Shown: piece after piece, positions 7,653 to 17,179 of the stretch
Numbering within the stretch: position 1 is the stretch's first letter
How the letters are laid out: every line of letters starts with the position of its first letter
From: an uncultured Alphaproteobacteria bacterium
GTDB taxonomy: Bacteria > Pseudomonadota > Alphaproteobacteria > Rhizobiales > Xanthobacteraceae
DNA: 64,000 bases
Direction: 5' to 3'
Assembly (NCBI GenBank): GCA_963755885.1
Contig: CAVWLX010000016.1
Location: 8,025-72,024, forward strand
Notes under the pieces: model-generated
Databases searched by the model: none
Seen by the model: the letters and a program-made list of their open reading frames with translations, nothing else
What the model was told of the DNA's origin: nothing
Translations under genes and position numbers: made by a program

Positions 7653-8735
7653 ATGAAGAAATGGAACATCGTCGCTATCGCCGCGGCCCTTGGGCTCGCG
7701 AGCGCAACCTTCGGCGGAGCTTATGCTGCCGAAAAGCTCAAGATCGGCTTCATCTATCTCGGCCCGGTCGGAGATCTCGGCTGGACTTATCAGCACGACC
7801 TCGGCCGGAAAGCCCTTGAGAAAGCGCTCGGCGACAAGATCGAGACCACCTATATCGAGAACGTCCCCGAAAGCGCCGACGCCGAACGCTCCGTCGAGCA
7901 GCTGGTACGCACCGGCCACAAGCTGATCTTCGCCACGTCGTTCGGATACATGGACGCTACGCTAAAGATTGCGAACAAATATCCGAACGTGTTCTTCGAG
8001 CACTGCGCCGGCTACAAGCACGCCAAGAACATGAGTACCTATGACCGCCGCGACTATGAAGGTCGCTACATTTCGGGCCAAATCGCCGCCCGGATGTCGA
8101 AGACCGGCGTCATCGGTTATATCGTCCCGTTTCCGATCCCCCCGGTCATTGCCAACATCAACGCGATGATGCTCGGCGCCCAGTCGGTCCGGCCGGACAT
8201 CAAGGTGAAGATCATCTGGGTGAACACCTGGTTCGACCCGGGTAAGGAAGCCGACGCCGCCAAGGCGCTCATCGACCAGGGCGCCGACATCGTGACCCAG
8301 CATACCGACTCGCCCGCACCCACCGAGATCGCGGAGCAGCGCGGCGTTCATTCCTTCGGGGAAGACACCGATATGATCAAGTTTGGCCCGCACGCCCAGC
8401 TCACCGCGGTCACCGACTCCTGGGGCGGTTACTACGCAAAACGTGCCCAGGCTGTCCTCGACGGCACGTGGAAGTCCGAGGACACCTTTGGCGGCCTGGA
8501 TTCGGGAATGGTGGCGATGTCGCCCTATACAAACATGCCGGATGACGTGAAGAAACAGGCGATGGACACCGAAGCCGCCATCAAGTCCGGCAAGCTGAAT
8601 GTGTTTAAGTGCCCGATCACCAGCCAGGACGGCAAGACAGTCGAATGCAAGGGCGGGGACCATCTCGACATCGGTCAGGTCCGCAGCATGAACTGGTACG
8701 TCAAAGGGATCGACGACAAGCTCCCGGCGCACTGA
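7653..8735 (+). CDS. BMP-family (PnrA-like) ABC-type periplasmic substrate-binding protein
   Basis: Signal peptide 'MKKWNIVAIAAALGLASATFGGAYA'. 'KIGFIYLGPVGDLGWTYQHDLG' and 'GADIVTQHTDSP' are typical of basic-membrane-protein/nucleoside-binding SBPs. Confidence 0.8.
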   Translation: MKKWNIVAIAAALGLASATFGGAYAAEKLKIGFIYLGPVGDLGWTYQHDLGRKALEKALGDKIETTYIENVPESADAERSVEQLVRTGHKLIFATSFGYMDATLKIANKYPNVFFEHCAGYKHAKNMSTYDRRDYEGRYISGQIAARMSKTGVIGYIVPFPIPPVIANINAMMLGAQSVRPDIKVKIIWVNTWFDPGKEADAAKALIDQGADIVTQHTDSPAPTEIAEQRGVHSFGEDTDMIKFGPHAQLTAVTDSWGGYYAKRAQAVLDGTWKSEDTFGGLDSGMVAMSPYTNMPDDVKKQAMDTEAAIKSGKLNVFKCPITSQDGKTVECKGGDHLDIGQVRSMNWYVKGIDDKLPAH

Positions 8736-8768
8736 TAGCGACGTCCGGCAGTTTCAATGAAACGACGC

Positions 8769-8824
8769 GATGGCCGGGCATAGTCCGCGAAGACGGGCGT
8801 AAACGCCCTTATGTCCCGGCCATC
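8769..8824. terminator. nested hairpin between convergent genes (candidate bidirectional terminator or REP)
   Basis: GATGGCCGGGCAT (8769-8781) pairs with ATGTCCCGGCCATC (8811-8824) with a 1-nt bulge. The inner hairpin is GGGCG-TAAA-CGCCC (8795-8808). Confidence 0.35.
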
Positions 8825-8886
8825 GGCGTTGAGGATCAAAAGCGAAAGCTCGGCGCGCCGGGAGGCGTGTTTGCGTTCACCGATGC

Positions 8887-9528
8887 TCAGGGCTGCAGCA
8901 TCTTGAAGGCGTGGAACCAGTCGTTGCGGATAAAGCCCGGGATGCACCACAGCATGCACAGCGGCTCGATCGCACGGGCGGCTTCGGCCTTGCCCATATC
9001 GGCGGTCTCCCAGCCGAACTGATCGCAGATGCCGCGCACGGTGGCTTTGGCTTTGTCGTCGTTCCCGCAAATGAACATGGTCGGCTTGCCGCCGGGAAAT
9101 TTCGGATTGATCATCGCCGCGTTGCCGACAGAATTAAACGCCTTGACGAAATGCACCGCGGGCATCGCGGCCTGCAGCTGTTCCATCAGCGATTGATCGA
9201 GGTTGGTGAAAAATTTAAGCACACCGTTCGCGGGCGGCGCGTCCGCGATCGGGTTGGTGGCATCGATCACCGGCTTGCCTGCCATGTTGGCTGCGCCGGC
9301 AGCCTTGAGCGCTTCAAGCGCCACCGAGCCTTTGACCGCGAGCACCACGAATTCGCCGAACTTCGCCGCATCGGCAAAGCTGCCGGTCTGCGCGCTTTTG
9401 TGCTGGGTCACGAAGTCCTTCAGCTTTCCCGCGTCGCGGGTGCCGAGCATGACCTGATGCCCGTGCTTGATGAAGCCGCCCGCGAGAGATTTTGCGACGT
9501 CGCCAGATCCAAGGATGCCAACTTTCAT
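8887..9528 (-). CDS. NADPH-dependent F420 reductase-like NAD(P)-binding oxidoreductase
   Basis: Rossmann start 'MKVGILGSGDVAKSLAGGFIKHGHQVMLGTRD'. The start is trimmed to ATG 9528 from the 9645 maximal ORF. Confidence 0.7.
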   Translation of the reverse strand: MKVGILGSGDVAKSLAGGFIKHGHQVMLGTRDAGKLKDFVTQHKSAQTGSFADAAKFGEFVVLAVKGSVALEALKAAGAANMAGKPVIDATNPIADAPPANGVLKFFTNLDQSLMEQLQAAMPAVHFVKAFNSVGNAAMINPKFPGGKPTMFICGNDDKAKATVRGICDQFGWETADMGKAEAARAIEPLCMLWCIPGFIRNDWFHAFKMLQP

Positions 9529-9631
9529 GTCTGTTCTCCCCGCTCGCCGCTCCTGCCGGCGCGGATCGACGGCAGTCCCGCGTCGCTGACATATTTGGCC
9601 GGGCGGGCGGTGGAGGAAGGGGGGCGGTGCC

Positions 9632-9674
9632 GTTTTCTTATTCAACCGATTGTTTTCTTATTCAACCGATTGTT
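9632..9674 (+). repeat. perfect tandem duplication of a 20-bp unit in the hemA upstream region
   Basis: GTTTTCTTATTCAACCGATT at 9632-9651 and again at 9652-9671, followed by a partial GTT. Confidence 0.9.
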
Positions 9675-9692
9675 CACCAGCCGGTGCGGCAT

Positions 9693-9706
9693 TTGATCTA
9701 CCGCAA
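9693..9706 (+). promoter_or_regulatory. candidate FixK/FNR-type box upstream of hemA
   Basis: TTGATCTACCGCAA fits TTG(A/C)-N6-(T/G)CAA and lies 106-119 nt upstream of the hemA ATG. Confidence 0.4.
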
Positions 9707-9811
9707 GGCCACGCGACGATTTTACATCGATAAGCGCCTCGACAATTATGCTGGAACCACTCTAAAAAGAGCCGCGGCCGACTCTGGCCGTCCCGGAAGG
9801 CGGGAAGATTC

Positions 9812-11041
9812 ATGGATTACCGTGCCTATTTTACCGATGCGCTTGCCCACCTGCGGGACGAGCGGCGCTATCGGGTGTTTGCCGACCTCGAGCGGATCGC
9901 CGGCCGTTTCCCGCATGCGGTCTGGCATTCGCCGCACGGGCCGAAGAATGTCGTGATCTGGTGCTCGAATGACTATCTCGGCATGGGCCAGCATCCGAAA
10001 GTGATCGGCGCCATGGTCGAAACCGCGACGCGGATGGGCACCGGTGCCGGCGGCACCCGCAACATTGCCGGCAACAATCATCCGCTGGTCGAGCTCGAAC
10101 GGGAGCTCGCCGATCTGCACCGCAAGGAAGCGGCGCTGGTTTTCACCTCCGGCTACGTCTCCAACGAAACCGGTATCTCCACGCTCGCGAAAGTGATGCC
10201 GAACTGCCTGATCCTTTCGGATGCCCTGAACCACAATTCGATGATCGAGGGCGTGCGCCAGGCGCAGTGCGAGAAACACATCTTCCGCCACAACGATTTG
10301 GCGCATCTGGAAGAGCTGTTGGCCGCCGCCGATCCGGAGCGGCCGAAGCTGATCGTGTTCGAGAGTCTTTATTCGATGGACGGCGATGTCGCGCCGGTCA
10401 ATCGCATCTGCGACCTCGCTGACCGTTACGGCGCCATGACTTACATCGACGAGGTGCACGCGGTCGGCATGTATGGACCGCGCGGCGGCGGCATCAGCGA
10501 GCGCGATGGCGCCGCGAGCCGCATCGACGTGATCGAGGGTACGCTGGCGAAAGCCTTCGGCTGCCTGGGCGGCTATATCGCGGGCTCAGCCGCGATCATC
10601 GATACGGTGCGCTCCTATGCGCCGGGGTTCATTTTCACCACCGCACTGCCGCCGTCGGTCTGTGCCGCGGCAACCGCTGCGATCCGGCATCTGAAAACTT
10701 CACAATGGGAGCGCGACCGCCATCAGGATCGCGCCGCGCGAACCAAGGCGGTACTCGCGGCCGCAGCGCTCCCCGTCATGAGCAGCCCAACCCACATAGT
10801 ACCGGTATTCGTCGGGGATCCTGAGCTGTGCAAGGAGGCGAGCGATCTCCTCCTTAGCGAGCACGGCATTTACATTCAGCCGATCAATTATCCGACGGTG
10901 CCGAAAGGCAAGGAGCGGCTGCGGATCACGCCAAGCCCTTATCACGACGACGGCCTGATCGATGATCTGGCCGAGGCGCTCGTCGATGTCTGGCAAAAGT
11001 TGGGGCTGCCGTTCAAACAGCGCGCGCTCGCCGCGGAGTAA
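9812..11041 (+). CDS. hemA: 5-aminolevulinate synthase
   Basis: 'MDYRAYF...[19 protein letters not shown]...[17 protein letters not shown]' with a PLP-lysine region. About 409 aa, typical of alphaproteobacterial ALAS. Confidence 0.95.
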   Translation: MDYRAYFTDALAHLRDERRYRVFADLERIAGRFPHAVWHSPHGPKNVVIWCSNDYLGMGQHPKVIGAMVETATRMGTGAGGTRNIAGNNHPLVELERELADLHRKEAALVFTSGYVSNETGISTLAKVMPNCLILSDALNHNSMIEGVRQAQCEKHIFRHNDLAHLEELLAAADPERPKLIVFESLYSMDGDVAPVNRICDLADRYGAMTYIDEVHAVGMYGPRGGGISERDGAASRIDVIEGTLAKAFGCLGGYIAGSAAIIDTVRSYAPGFIFTTALPPSVCAAATAAIRHLKTSQWERDRHQDRAARTKAVLAAAALPVMSSPTHIVPVFVGDPELCKEASDLLLSEHGIYIQPINYPTVPKGKERLRITPSPYHDDGLIDDLAEALVDVWQKLGLPFKQRALAAE

Positions 11042-11058
11042 TCCCGCGCCGCGAGGGT

Positions 11059-11085
11059 TGCCCTCTGCCCTTGCGGGAGAGGGCA
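11059..11085. terminator. GC hairpin between convergent hemA and the AbrB-family gene
   Basis: TGCCCTCT (11059-11066) pairs with AGAGGGCA (11078-11085) around an 11-nt loop. It belongs to the CCCTC/GAGGG REP family. No T-run. Confidence 0.35.
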
Positions 11086-11098
11086 CAATGACGATGGC

Positions 11099-12172
11099 CT
11101 AATCTTTATCCTTCACGATCCGCCGCGCAGCCATCGCCACCGTGAAGGTGACGACCAAAAAACGCGCCACGTGGTGCGCCCCGACATAGACCGGATCGAG
11201 ATGGAGCGCGAGCGCGAGCACCATCATCGTATCCTGCGCGCCTGGCGAGAAGGCGACCACGACGTTAGCAGTCGGGAACGGAAAGAAATGCACCGCGATC
11301 AGCGCGAACAGTGTGGCGACGGAAAGCGAGACGGCAAATGAGCCGAACGCCGCGCCGAGATAGCTGACGATCAATCGCGGCGCCGTATTTGCGAAACGAG
11401 AGCCGACCACCGCGCCAAGCACCACGACCGCGGCGCTGCCGATCCACCACGGCAGGACCGCTTGGGCGAGACCGGTGCCATGCAGGACGGCCGATCCGGC
11501 CATCGCGCCGAACAGAAGCCCGCCCGGAAATCTGATTCGCGCCATCGCCACGCCGGCTGCGACCGACACGATGACGACGACAACCATTTCCGGCAATGAC
11601 GACAGGCCGGCAGGACCGCGGGAGACCGGTATTGCCGGCGCTACCAGTCCGAACAGCGCAAGTCCGCCGGGTATGCCGATTGTCAGCAGCAGGACGCGCA
11701 TGGTCTGTACGATCGCAATGGCCCGCAGATCGGCGCCAAGCTCGCTCGACAGCGCGATCACCTGGATCATCGATCCCGGGCTTGCGCCCATCAGCGCCGA
11801 CAACGGATCCCAAAGATGCACCACGCGCAGATACGTCATGGTCGCTACGATCATGACGATCGAAGCCACCATCAAAATCGCAACACTCGCGGGATAGGTG
11901 GTGAAGCCTTTGAGCGTTTGCGGGCTGACCACGGCGCCGAGCAGGATGCCGACGATGACGTAGCAGACACGGGCAAGCCCGACCGGTACCTTGACCGGAC
12001 GCCCCAGTAGTGCGGCTGCGGTTACCGCGAGCACCGATCCCGACACCAGGCCGGCGGGAAATCCCAACAAGGTAAATATCAGCCCGCCGGCAGCCGCGAT
12101 CAGAAGCGTTTCGGCGGGCTCGATTAGAGCGCGAAGGGGTGGAAGGGCAGGCCACATCGGCTCCGCCATCAA
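11099..12172 (-). CDS. AbrB-family (duplicated AbrB/putative ammonia monooxygenase-like) integral membrane protein
   Basis: About 357 aa, polytopic, with an internally duplicated hydrophobic pattern ('LLGFPAGLVSGSVLAVTAAALLG' / 'RIRFPGGLLFGAMAGSAVLHGTG'). Confidence 0.65.
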   Translation of the reverse strand: MMAEPMWPALPPLRALIEPAETLLIAAAGGLIFTLLGFPAGLVSGSVLAVTAAALLGRPVKVPVGLARVCYVIVGILLGAVVSPQTLKGFTTYPASVAILMVASIVMIVATMTYLRVVHLWDPLSALMGASPGSMIQVIALSSELGADLRAIAIVQTMRVLLLTIGIPGGLALFGLVAPAIPVSRGPAGLSSLPEMVVVVIVSVAAGVAMARIRFPGGLLFGAMAGSAVLHGTGLAQAVLPWWIGSAAVVVLGAVVGSRFANTAPRLIVSYLGAAFGSFAVSLSVATLFALIAVHFFPFPTANVVVAFSPGAQDTMMVLALALHLDPVYVGAHHVARFLVVTFTVAMAARRIVKDKD

Positions 12173-12370
12173 TGCCGGCTGGTAGCAACGCCGTCAAATG
12201 ACCTTGCCGCAGCCAAACAATGTGCCGCACGCATAGCGGAGCTATTGCGGCGCACACGATGGTCCGGCCAATGGACAGCCCAGCCAAACTATGGTGTTTT
12301 GGTCGAAATCAAGCGCATCTAAGGCTGCGAAAGCGCCGGGATCGACCAAGGAAACGACCAGGGAAGCGCC

Positions 12371-15300
12371 ATGCTGCAAGGCTGGGTCGTCGTCGTCATT
12401 GCGCTCGCCTACATCGGGTTTCTGTTCCTGGTTGCGAGCTATGGCGACCGTCGGCATCAGCTCGCGCGCGGCAGCCGTGCCCGGCTTTTGATTTATCCGC
12501 TGTCGCTGGCGATCTATTGCACGTCATGGACGTTCTTCGGCTCGGTCGGCGTCGCCGCGCGCACCGGCTTTGAATTTCTCACCATTTATATCGGCCCGGT
12601 GTTGATGGTCGGGTTGGCTTATCCGCTCATCATCCGCATCGTCCGGCTGGCCAAGGGCCAGAACATTACCTCGATCGCCGACTTCATTGCCGCGCGCTAC
12701 GGCAAGAGCCCGGCGGTTGCGGCGACCGTAGCGCTGATCGCCATCGTCGGCATGATCCCGTACATCGCATTGCAGCTCAAAGCGGTGTCGGCGTCGGTCG
12801 GCACCATTCTCGCGGCGGTCTCGGCGGGAAACGGCGCGGCGGAGCCGCTGCTGGGCGACATCGCTCTGTTCGTCGCTCTGTTGATGGCGGCTTTCGCGGT
12901 TTTGTTCGGCACCCGCCACATCGACGCCACCGAGCATCAGGACGGACTGATGCTGGCGATCGCGACCGAGTCGGTCATCAAGCTCGTCGCCTTTCTCGCC
13001 GTCGGCAGCTTTGTCACCTTCGTGATGTACCCAGGTCCGCTCGCACTGTTCGCCGACGCGCTGCAACGGCCGCAAACGGCCGCGGTCCTGACGAGCATAC
13101 CACCCGCGACCACCTTCCTTGCCACTACCGTGCTGTCGCTGTTCGCAATCGTGTTGCTGCCGCGGCAATTCCATGTCGGCGTGGTCGAGAATCACAGCGA
13201 GGCTGAAGTTCGCCGGGCTGCCTGGTTGTTTCCGGCCTATCTCGTGCTCATCAATCTGTTCGTGATGCCGATCGCGATGGCCGGGCTGTTGGCATTTCCC
13301 GCCGGCGGTACCGATGGCGACATGTTCGTGCTGGCGCTGCCGCTGAAGGCGCATTCCGAACTGTTCGCGTTGATCGCTTTTATCGGCGGCCTGTCGGCTG
13401 CGACCGCGATGGTGATCGTCGAATCGGTCGCGCTCGCGATCATGGTGTCGAACGACATCGTGATACCGCTGATCCTGAAGCGCCGCGCCGCGAACTCAGG
13501 CGGGCCGAGCAGTGCAGGCGCACAGCTCCTGACCGTGCGGCGGATCGCGATCTTCGCCATCCTGTTTCTTGCATACGTTTATTACCGCTCCGCCGGGCCG
13601 GCGCAGCTTGCTTCGATCGGGCTCTTGTCCTTTGCCGCCGTTACCCAGTTGACGCCGGCCTTTTTCGGCGGGCTCATCTGGCGGCGCGGCACGGCGCCGG
13701 GCGCAATCGCCGGCATGACTGCCGGCATTCTGGTCTGGGCCTATACGCTATTGCTGCCGAGCATCTCCGACGTTGGCGTCGTCGGCGACATCCTCAACGA
13801 TGGGCCGCTCGGCCTTGCCTGGTTGCGGCCTCAGGCGTTGTTTGGTCTCGATCTGCCGCCGCTCGTTCACGGCGTTGTTCTAAGCCTTCTCGCCAATGTC
13901 ATGCTTTATATTGGCTGCTCGCTGATCCGCCGCCCGACCGCGATAGAGCGCGTGCAATCCGACGTATTCGTGCCGTCGTCGCTCGCTCCGATGGCGCCAA
14001 GCTTCCGGCTGCGGCGTGCGTCGGTCACGACCGAGGAGTTGATCGCAACGATTGCCCGCTATCTTGGTGACGAGCGCACGCGCAAATCGTTTGCGAGCTT
14101 CGCGGCCTCGCGCCGCGTCAGCCTGGCGCCGCAGGCCGAGGCCGACTTTCAGGTTCTGCAATACGGCGAGTATCTGTTGGCATCCGCGATTGGCGCCGCT
14201 TCGTCGCGGCTGGTGCTGTCGCTGCTTTTGCGCAAGCGGACCGTCTCGACCAAGGCGGCGCTCAAGCTGCTCGACGATGCCAACGCGGCAATTCATTACA
14301 ATCGCGAGATCCTGCAGACCGCGCTCGATCATGTGCGGCAGGGGATCGCCGTGTTCGACAAGGATCTGGCGCTGGTTTGTTGGAACCGGCAGTTTGGCGA
14401 AATCTTCGACCTGCCACATTCGCTCACCCGCATCGGTATCGCGCTTGAGGAAATCCTTCGCCACATCGCCAGCGAGGGTGCGAGCGATGTGCGGGACCTC
14501 GACGATCAGGTCGCGCAACGGCTCGCCAAATACACGTCGGAAGCCGAGCCGTTTCTCGAGCGGATTGCCGAGCGCGGCCTGGTGATCGAGGTCCGCGCCG
14601 ACCGCATGCCCGATGGCGGCCTCGTTACCACTTTCACCGACATCACGCCGAGCGTGAAGGCCGCGGAGGCGCTGGAGCGCGCCAACGCCACGCTGGAGCG
14701 TCGCGTCCGTGAACGCACCCGTGAGCTGACGCGGCTCAACGCCGAGCTTGAGCGCGCCAAGTCCGAGGCCGACGATGCCAACGTCTCGAAGACGCGCTTT
14801 ATCGCCGCCGCGAGCCACGACATCCTGCAGCCGCTTAACGCCGCACGACTTTACGTGACCAGCCTGATCGAGCGCCAGGAGGATGACAGCGAAGACGCGA
14901 GCCTGGTGCAGAATATCGACGCATCGCTGGAGGCGGTCGAAGAAATATTCACCGCGCTGCTCGACATTTCGCGGCTCGACACCGGTGCGATGAAGCCCGA
15001 AATGACCGATTTCCGCATCAGCGAATTGCTGCAGCGCCTCGAAGTGGAATTTGCGCCTTTGGCGCGCGAGAAGGGGCTGGACCTTATCTTCATGCATTGC
15101 TCGCTGGCGGTGCGTTCCGATCGGCGCTTGTTGCGGCGGCTGCTGCAGAACCTCGTGTCCAACGCCATCAAATACACGCCCAAGGGCAGCGTGCTGGTCG
15201 GATGCCGGCGCCGCGGCGGGAAGCTTCGCGTCGAAGTCTACGATACCGGCATCGGCATTCCGCACGCCAAACGCCGCGCGGTGTTCAAGGAATTTCACCG

Positions 15301-15889
15301 GCTCGACCAGGGTGCGCGGGTCGCGCGCGGTGTCGGTCTTGGCCTATCGATTGTCGAGCGCATTGCGCGCGTGCTCGACTGCGAGCTGGCGCTCAAATCC
15401 AACGTCGGCCGCGGCTCGCGGTTTTCGGTCGAAGTGCCGCGCGCGTCAGCGGCGATCGTCGAGCCGATGCCGCACGCCGTTCGAAAAGCCGCAACCGGAC
15501 AACTCGCCGGAACTGTCGTGCTCTGCATCGACAACGAGCATACTATTCTCGACGGCATGCAGATGCTGCTCGGCGGTTGGGGCTGCCGCGTGCTCAAGGC
15601 GGCGGACCTCACCGAAGCGCTGGCAGCGATTGAAGGCAGCGGTCTGGAGCCGGACGGGCTGCTGGTCGACTATCACCTCGACGGCGGCAATGGTCTCGGC
15701 GCGATCACCGAACTGCGCCGCCGCTATGGCCGCGACCTCGGCGCCATTCTACTTACCGCAGATCGTTCCGTGCACGTCCGCGAGGAGGCTCGCGCCGGCG
15801 GTGTGCAGGTTCTCAACAAACCTGTGAAGCCGGCTTCGCTCCGCGCTCTCATCACGCAATGGCGCGTGCAGCGCGTCGCGGCAGAATAG
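12371..15889 (+). CDS. sodium:solute-symporter-domain hybrid sensor histidine kinase/response regulator (CrbS/MxtR-like)
   Basis: N-terminal ~500 aa multi-TM SSS-like domain, then a PAS-like region. H-box 'FIAAASHDILQPLNAARLYV', HATPase 'VYDTGIGIP...GVGLGLSIVERI', and C-terminal receiver 'LLVDYHLDGGNGL...ILLTAD...NKPV'. Confidence 0.85.
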   Translation: MLQGWVVVVIALAYIGFLFLVASYGDRRHQLARGSRARLLIYPLSLAIYCTSWTFFGSVGVAARTGFEFLTIYIGPVLMVGLAYPLIIRIVRLAKGQNITSIADFIAARYGKSPAVAATVALIAIVGMIPYIALQLKAVSASVGTILAAVSAGNGAAEPLLGDIALFVALLMAAFAVLFGTRHIDATEHQDGLMLAIATESVIKLVAFLAVGSFVTFVMYPGPLALFADALQRPQTAAVLTSIPPATTFLATTVLSLFAIVLLPRQFHVGVVENHSEAEVRRAAWLFPAYLVLINLFVMPIAMAGLLAFPAGGTDGDMFVLALPLKAHSELFALIAFIGGLSAATAMVIVESVALAIMVSNDIVIPLILKRRAANSGGPSSAGAQLLTVRRIAIFAILFLAYVYYRSAGPAQLASIGLLSFAAVTQLTPAFFGGLIWRRGTAPGAIAGMTAGILVWAYTLLLPSISDVGVVGDILNDGPLGLAWLRPQALFGLDLPPLVHGVVLSLLANVMLYIGCSLIRRPTAIERVQSDVFVPSSLAPMAPSFRLRRASVTTEELIATIARYLGDERTRKSFASFAASRRVSLAPQAEADFQVLQYGEYLLASAIGAASSRLVLSLLLRKRTVSTKAALKLLDDANAAIHYNREILQTALDHVRQGIAVFDKDLALVCWNRQFGEIFDLPHSLTRIGIALEEILRHIASEGASDVRDLDDQVAQRLAKYTSEAEPFLERIAERGLVIEVRADRMPDGGLVTTFTDITPSVKAAEALERANATLERRVRERTRELTRLNAELERAKSEADDANVSKTRFIAAASHDILQPLNAARLYVTSLIERQEDDSEDASLVQNIDASLEAVEEIFTALLDISRLDTGAMKPEMTDFRISELLQRLEVEFAPLAREKGLDLIFMHCSLAVRSDRRLLRRLLQNLVSNAIKYTPKGSVLVGCRRRGGKLRVEVYDTGIGIPHAKRRAVFKEFHRLDQGARVARGVGLGLSIVERIARVLDCELALKSNVGRGSRFSVEVPRASAAIVEPMPHAVRKAATGQLAGTVVLCIDNEHTILDGMQMLLGGWGCRVLKAADLTEALAAIEGSGLEPDGLLVDYHLDGGNGLGAITELRRRYGRDLGAILLTADRSVHVREEARAGGVQVLNKPVKPASLRALITQWRVQRVAAE

Positions 15890-16019
15890 CCGGTATTCCG
15901 CAGCGTGATCGCACGGCTTGTATGACCGCGACTGCTACTTTTTTTGGCAACTCTCATCTTCTTTCAGCACGCGCTGCGACCCAAAAATATCGAAAATAGT
16001 TCCGGGGCGGAGAGGACGC

Positions 16020-17093
16020 ATGGCTCAAGACCACGAAATCTTTGAACTCGGCGATGTGCGGCTGCAACGCGGCGCCATCATCCGGAATTGCAAGCTCGCT
16101 TACAAGACATACGGCGAAATGAATGCCGCGAAAAGCAACGTTGTCGTCTATCCGACCTGGTATTCGGGCCAGCACTCTGACAACGAGTGGCTGATCGGAC
16201 CGGGCATGGCGCTCGATCCCGCCAGGTACTTCATCGTCGTTCCCAACATGCTGGGCAATGGCCTGTCTTCGTCGCCGAGCAATACGTCCGCGCCGCATGA
16301 CGGACCGCGTTTTCCGCAAGTCACCGCCTGCGACAACGTCCGCCTCCAGCATCGGCTGGCGACGGAAAAATTCGGCGTAAAAAAGCTGGCGCTCGTCACC
16401 GGCTGGTCGATGGCAGCGCTGCAAACGTTTCACTGGGGTGCGCTGTATCCGGACATGGTGGAGCGCATCGCGCCATTCTGCGGCTCGGCCAAGTGTTCGC
16501 GGCACAATTTTGTTTTCCTCGAAGGCGTGAAGGCGGCGCTGACAGCCGACGCCGCTTTTGCCGACGGTTGGTACAAGGAGAAACCCGCCAAAGGGTTGCG
16601 CGCCATGGCGCGCGTCTATGCCGGCTGGGGTTTCTCGCAGGCGTTCTATCGCGCGCGCCTCGACATCGAACGGTTGGGCTTTTCGTCGCTTGAGGATTTT
16701 CTGGTCGGCTTCTGGGAAGCGTTGTTTCTGCCGAGGGACCCCAACAACCTGCTCACCATGCTGTGGACCTGGCAGAACGGCGATATCAGCGACAACGAGA
16801 TTTACAACGGTGACTTCAAGAAAGCGCTGGGCGCGATCAAGGCCAAAGCTTACGTGATGCCCGGACAAACCGATCTTTATTTCCCGCCGGAGGACAGCGC
16901 GTTTGAAGTCGCCAATATGCCGAACGCAAAGTTACTGCCGGTGCCCTCGATCTGGGGCCACTTCGCCGGCGGCCCGGGCACCAATCCTGACGACGCAAAG
17001 TTCATCGATAACGCCCTGAAGGAATTGTTGCGCGCGCCAAGCGACCGCACCCTGGTACGCGGGCGGTCGGCGGTTTCCGGCTCGTTTGCTTGA
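16020..17093 (+). CDS. alpha/beta hydrolase of the homoserine O-acetyltransferase (MetX-like) family
   Basis: 'LAYKTYGEMNAAKSNVVVYPTWYSGQHSDNEWLIGPGMALDPARYFIVVPNMLGNGLSSSPSN' and 'VTGWSMAALQTF' (nucleophile elbow G-x-S-x-A). The start is set at ATG 16020. Confidence 0.7.
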   Translation: MAQDHEIFELGDVRLQRGAIIRNCKLAYKTYGEMNAAKSNVVVYPTWYSGQHSDNEWLIGPGMALDPARYFIVVPNMLGNGLSSSPSNTSAPHDGPRFPQVTACDNVRLQHRLATEKFGVKKLALVTGWSMAALQTFHWGALYPDMVERIAPFCGSAKCSRHNFVFLEGVKAALTADAAFADGWYKEKPAKGLRAMARVYAGWGFSQAFYRARLDIERLGFSSLEDFLVGFWEALFLPRDPNNLLTMLWTWQNGDISDNEIYNGDFKKALGAIKAKAYVMPGQTDLYFPPEDSAFEVANMPNAKLLPVPSIWGHFAGGPGTNPDDAKFIDNALKELLRAPSDRTLVRGRSAVSGSFA

Positions 17094-17133
17094 GAGAGGC
17101 GGCGCTCGCGGCGAGTGGCCACCGAGTAGAATA

Positions 17134-17178
17134 GCCGTCATTCCGGGCTAGCGCTGCGCACAATTCCGGAATGACGGC
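17134..17178. repeat. REP-type hairpin (13-bp perfect arms) between convergent genes
   Basis: GCCGTCATTCCGG (17134-17146) pairs with CCGGAATGACGGC (17166-17178). Confidence 0.7.
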
Positions 17179-17179
17179 C

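Noticed and set aside
13880-15298. Very long ORFs antisense or off-frame to well-supported genes: 13880-15298, 11265-12287, 35588-36940, 45815-47479, 56163-57698, 60290-61444, 27789-28604, 9746-10459, 7962-8732
   Set aside because: They are Arg/Gly/Ala/Pro-rich with no recognisable motifs. Each overlaps a gene with strong family signatures. These are typical shadow ORFs of high-GC DNA.
15889-16019. SAM-II (metA-type) riboswitch upstream of the MetX-like hydrolase (CGTGATCGCACGGCTTG...)
   Set aside because: No downstream AAAGC(U/C) pseudoknot strand was found. The gene looks like a non-biosynthetic MetX-family paralog.
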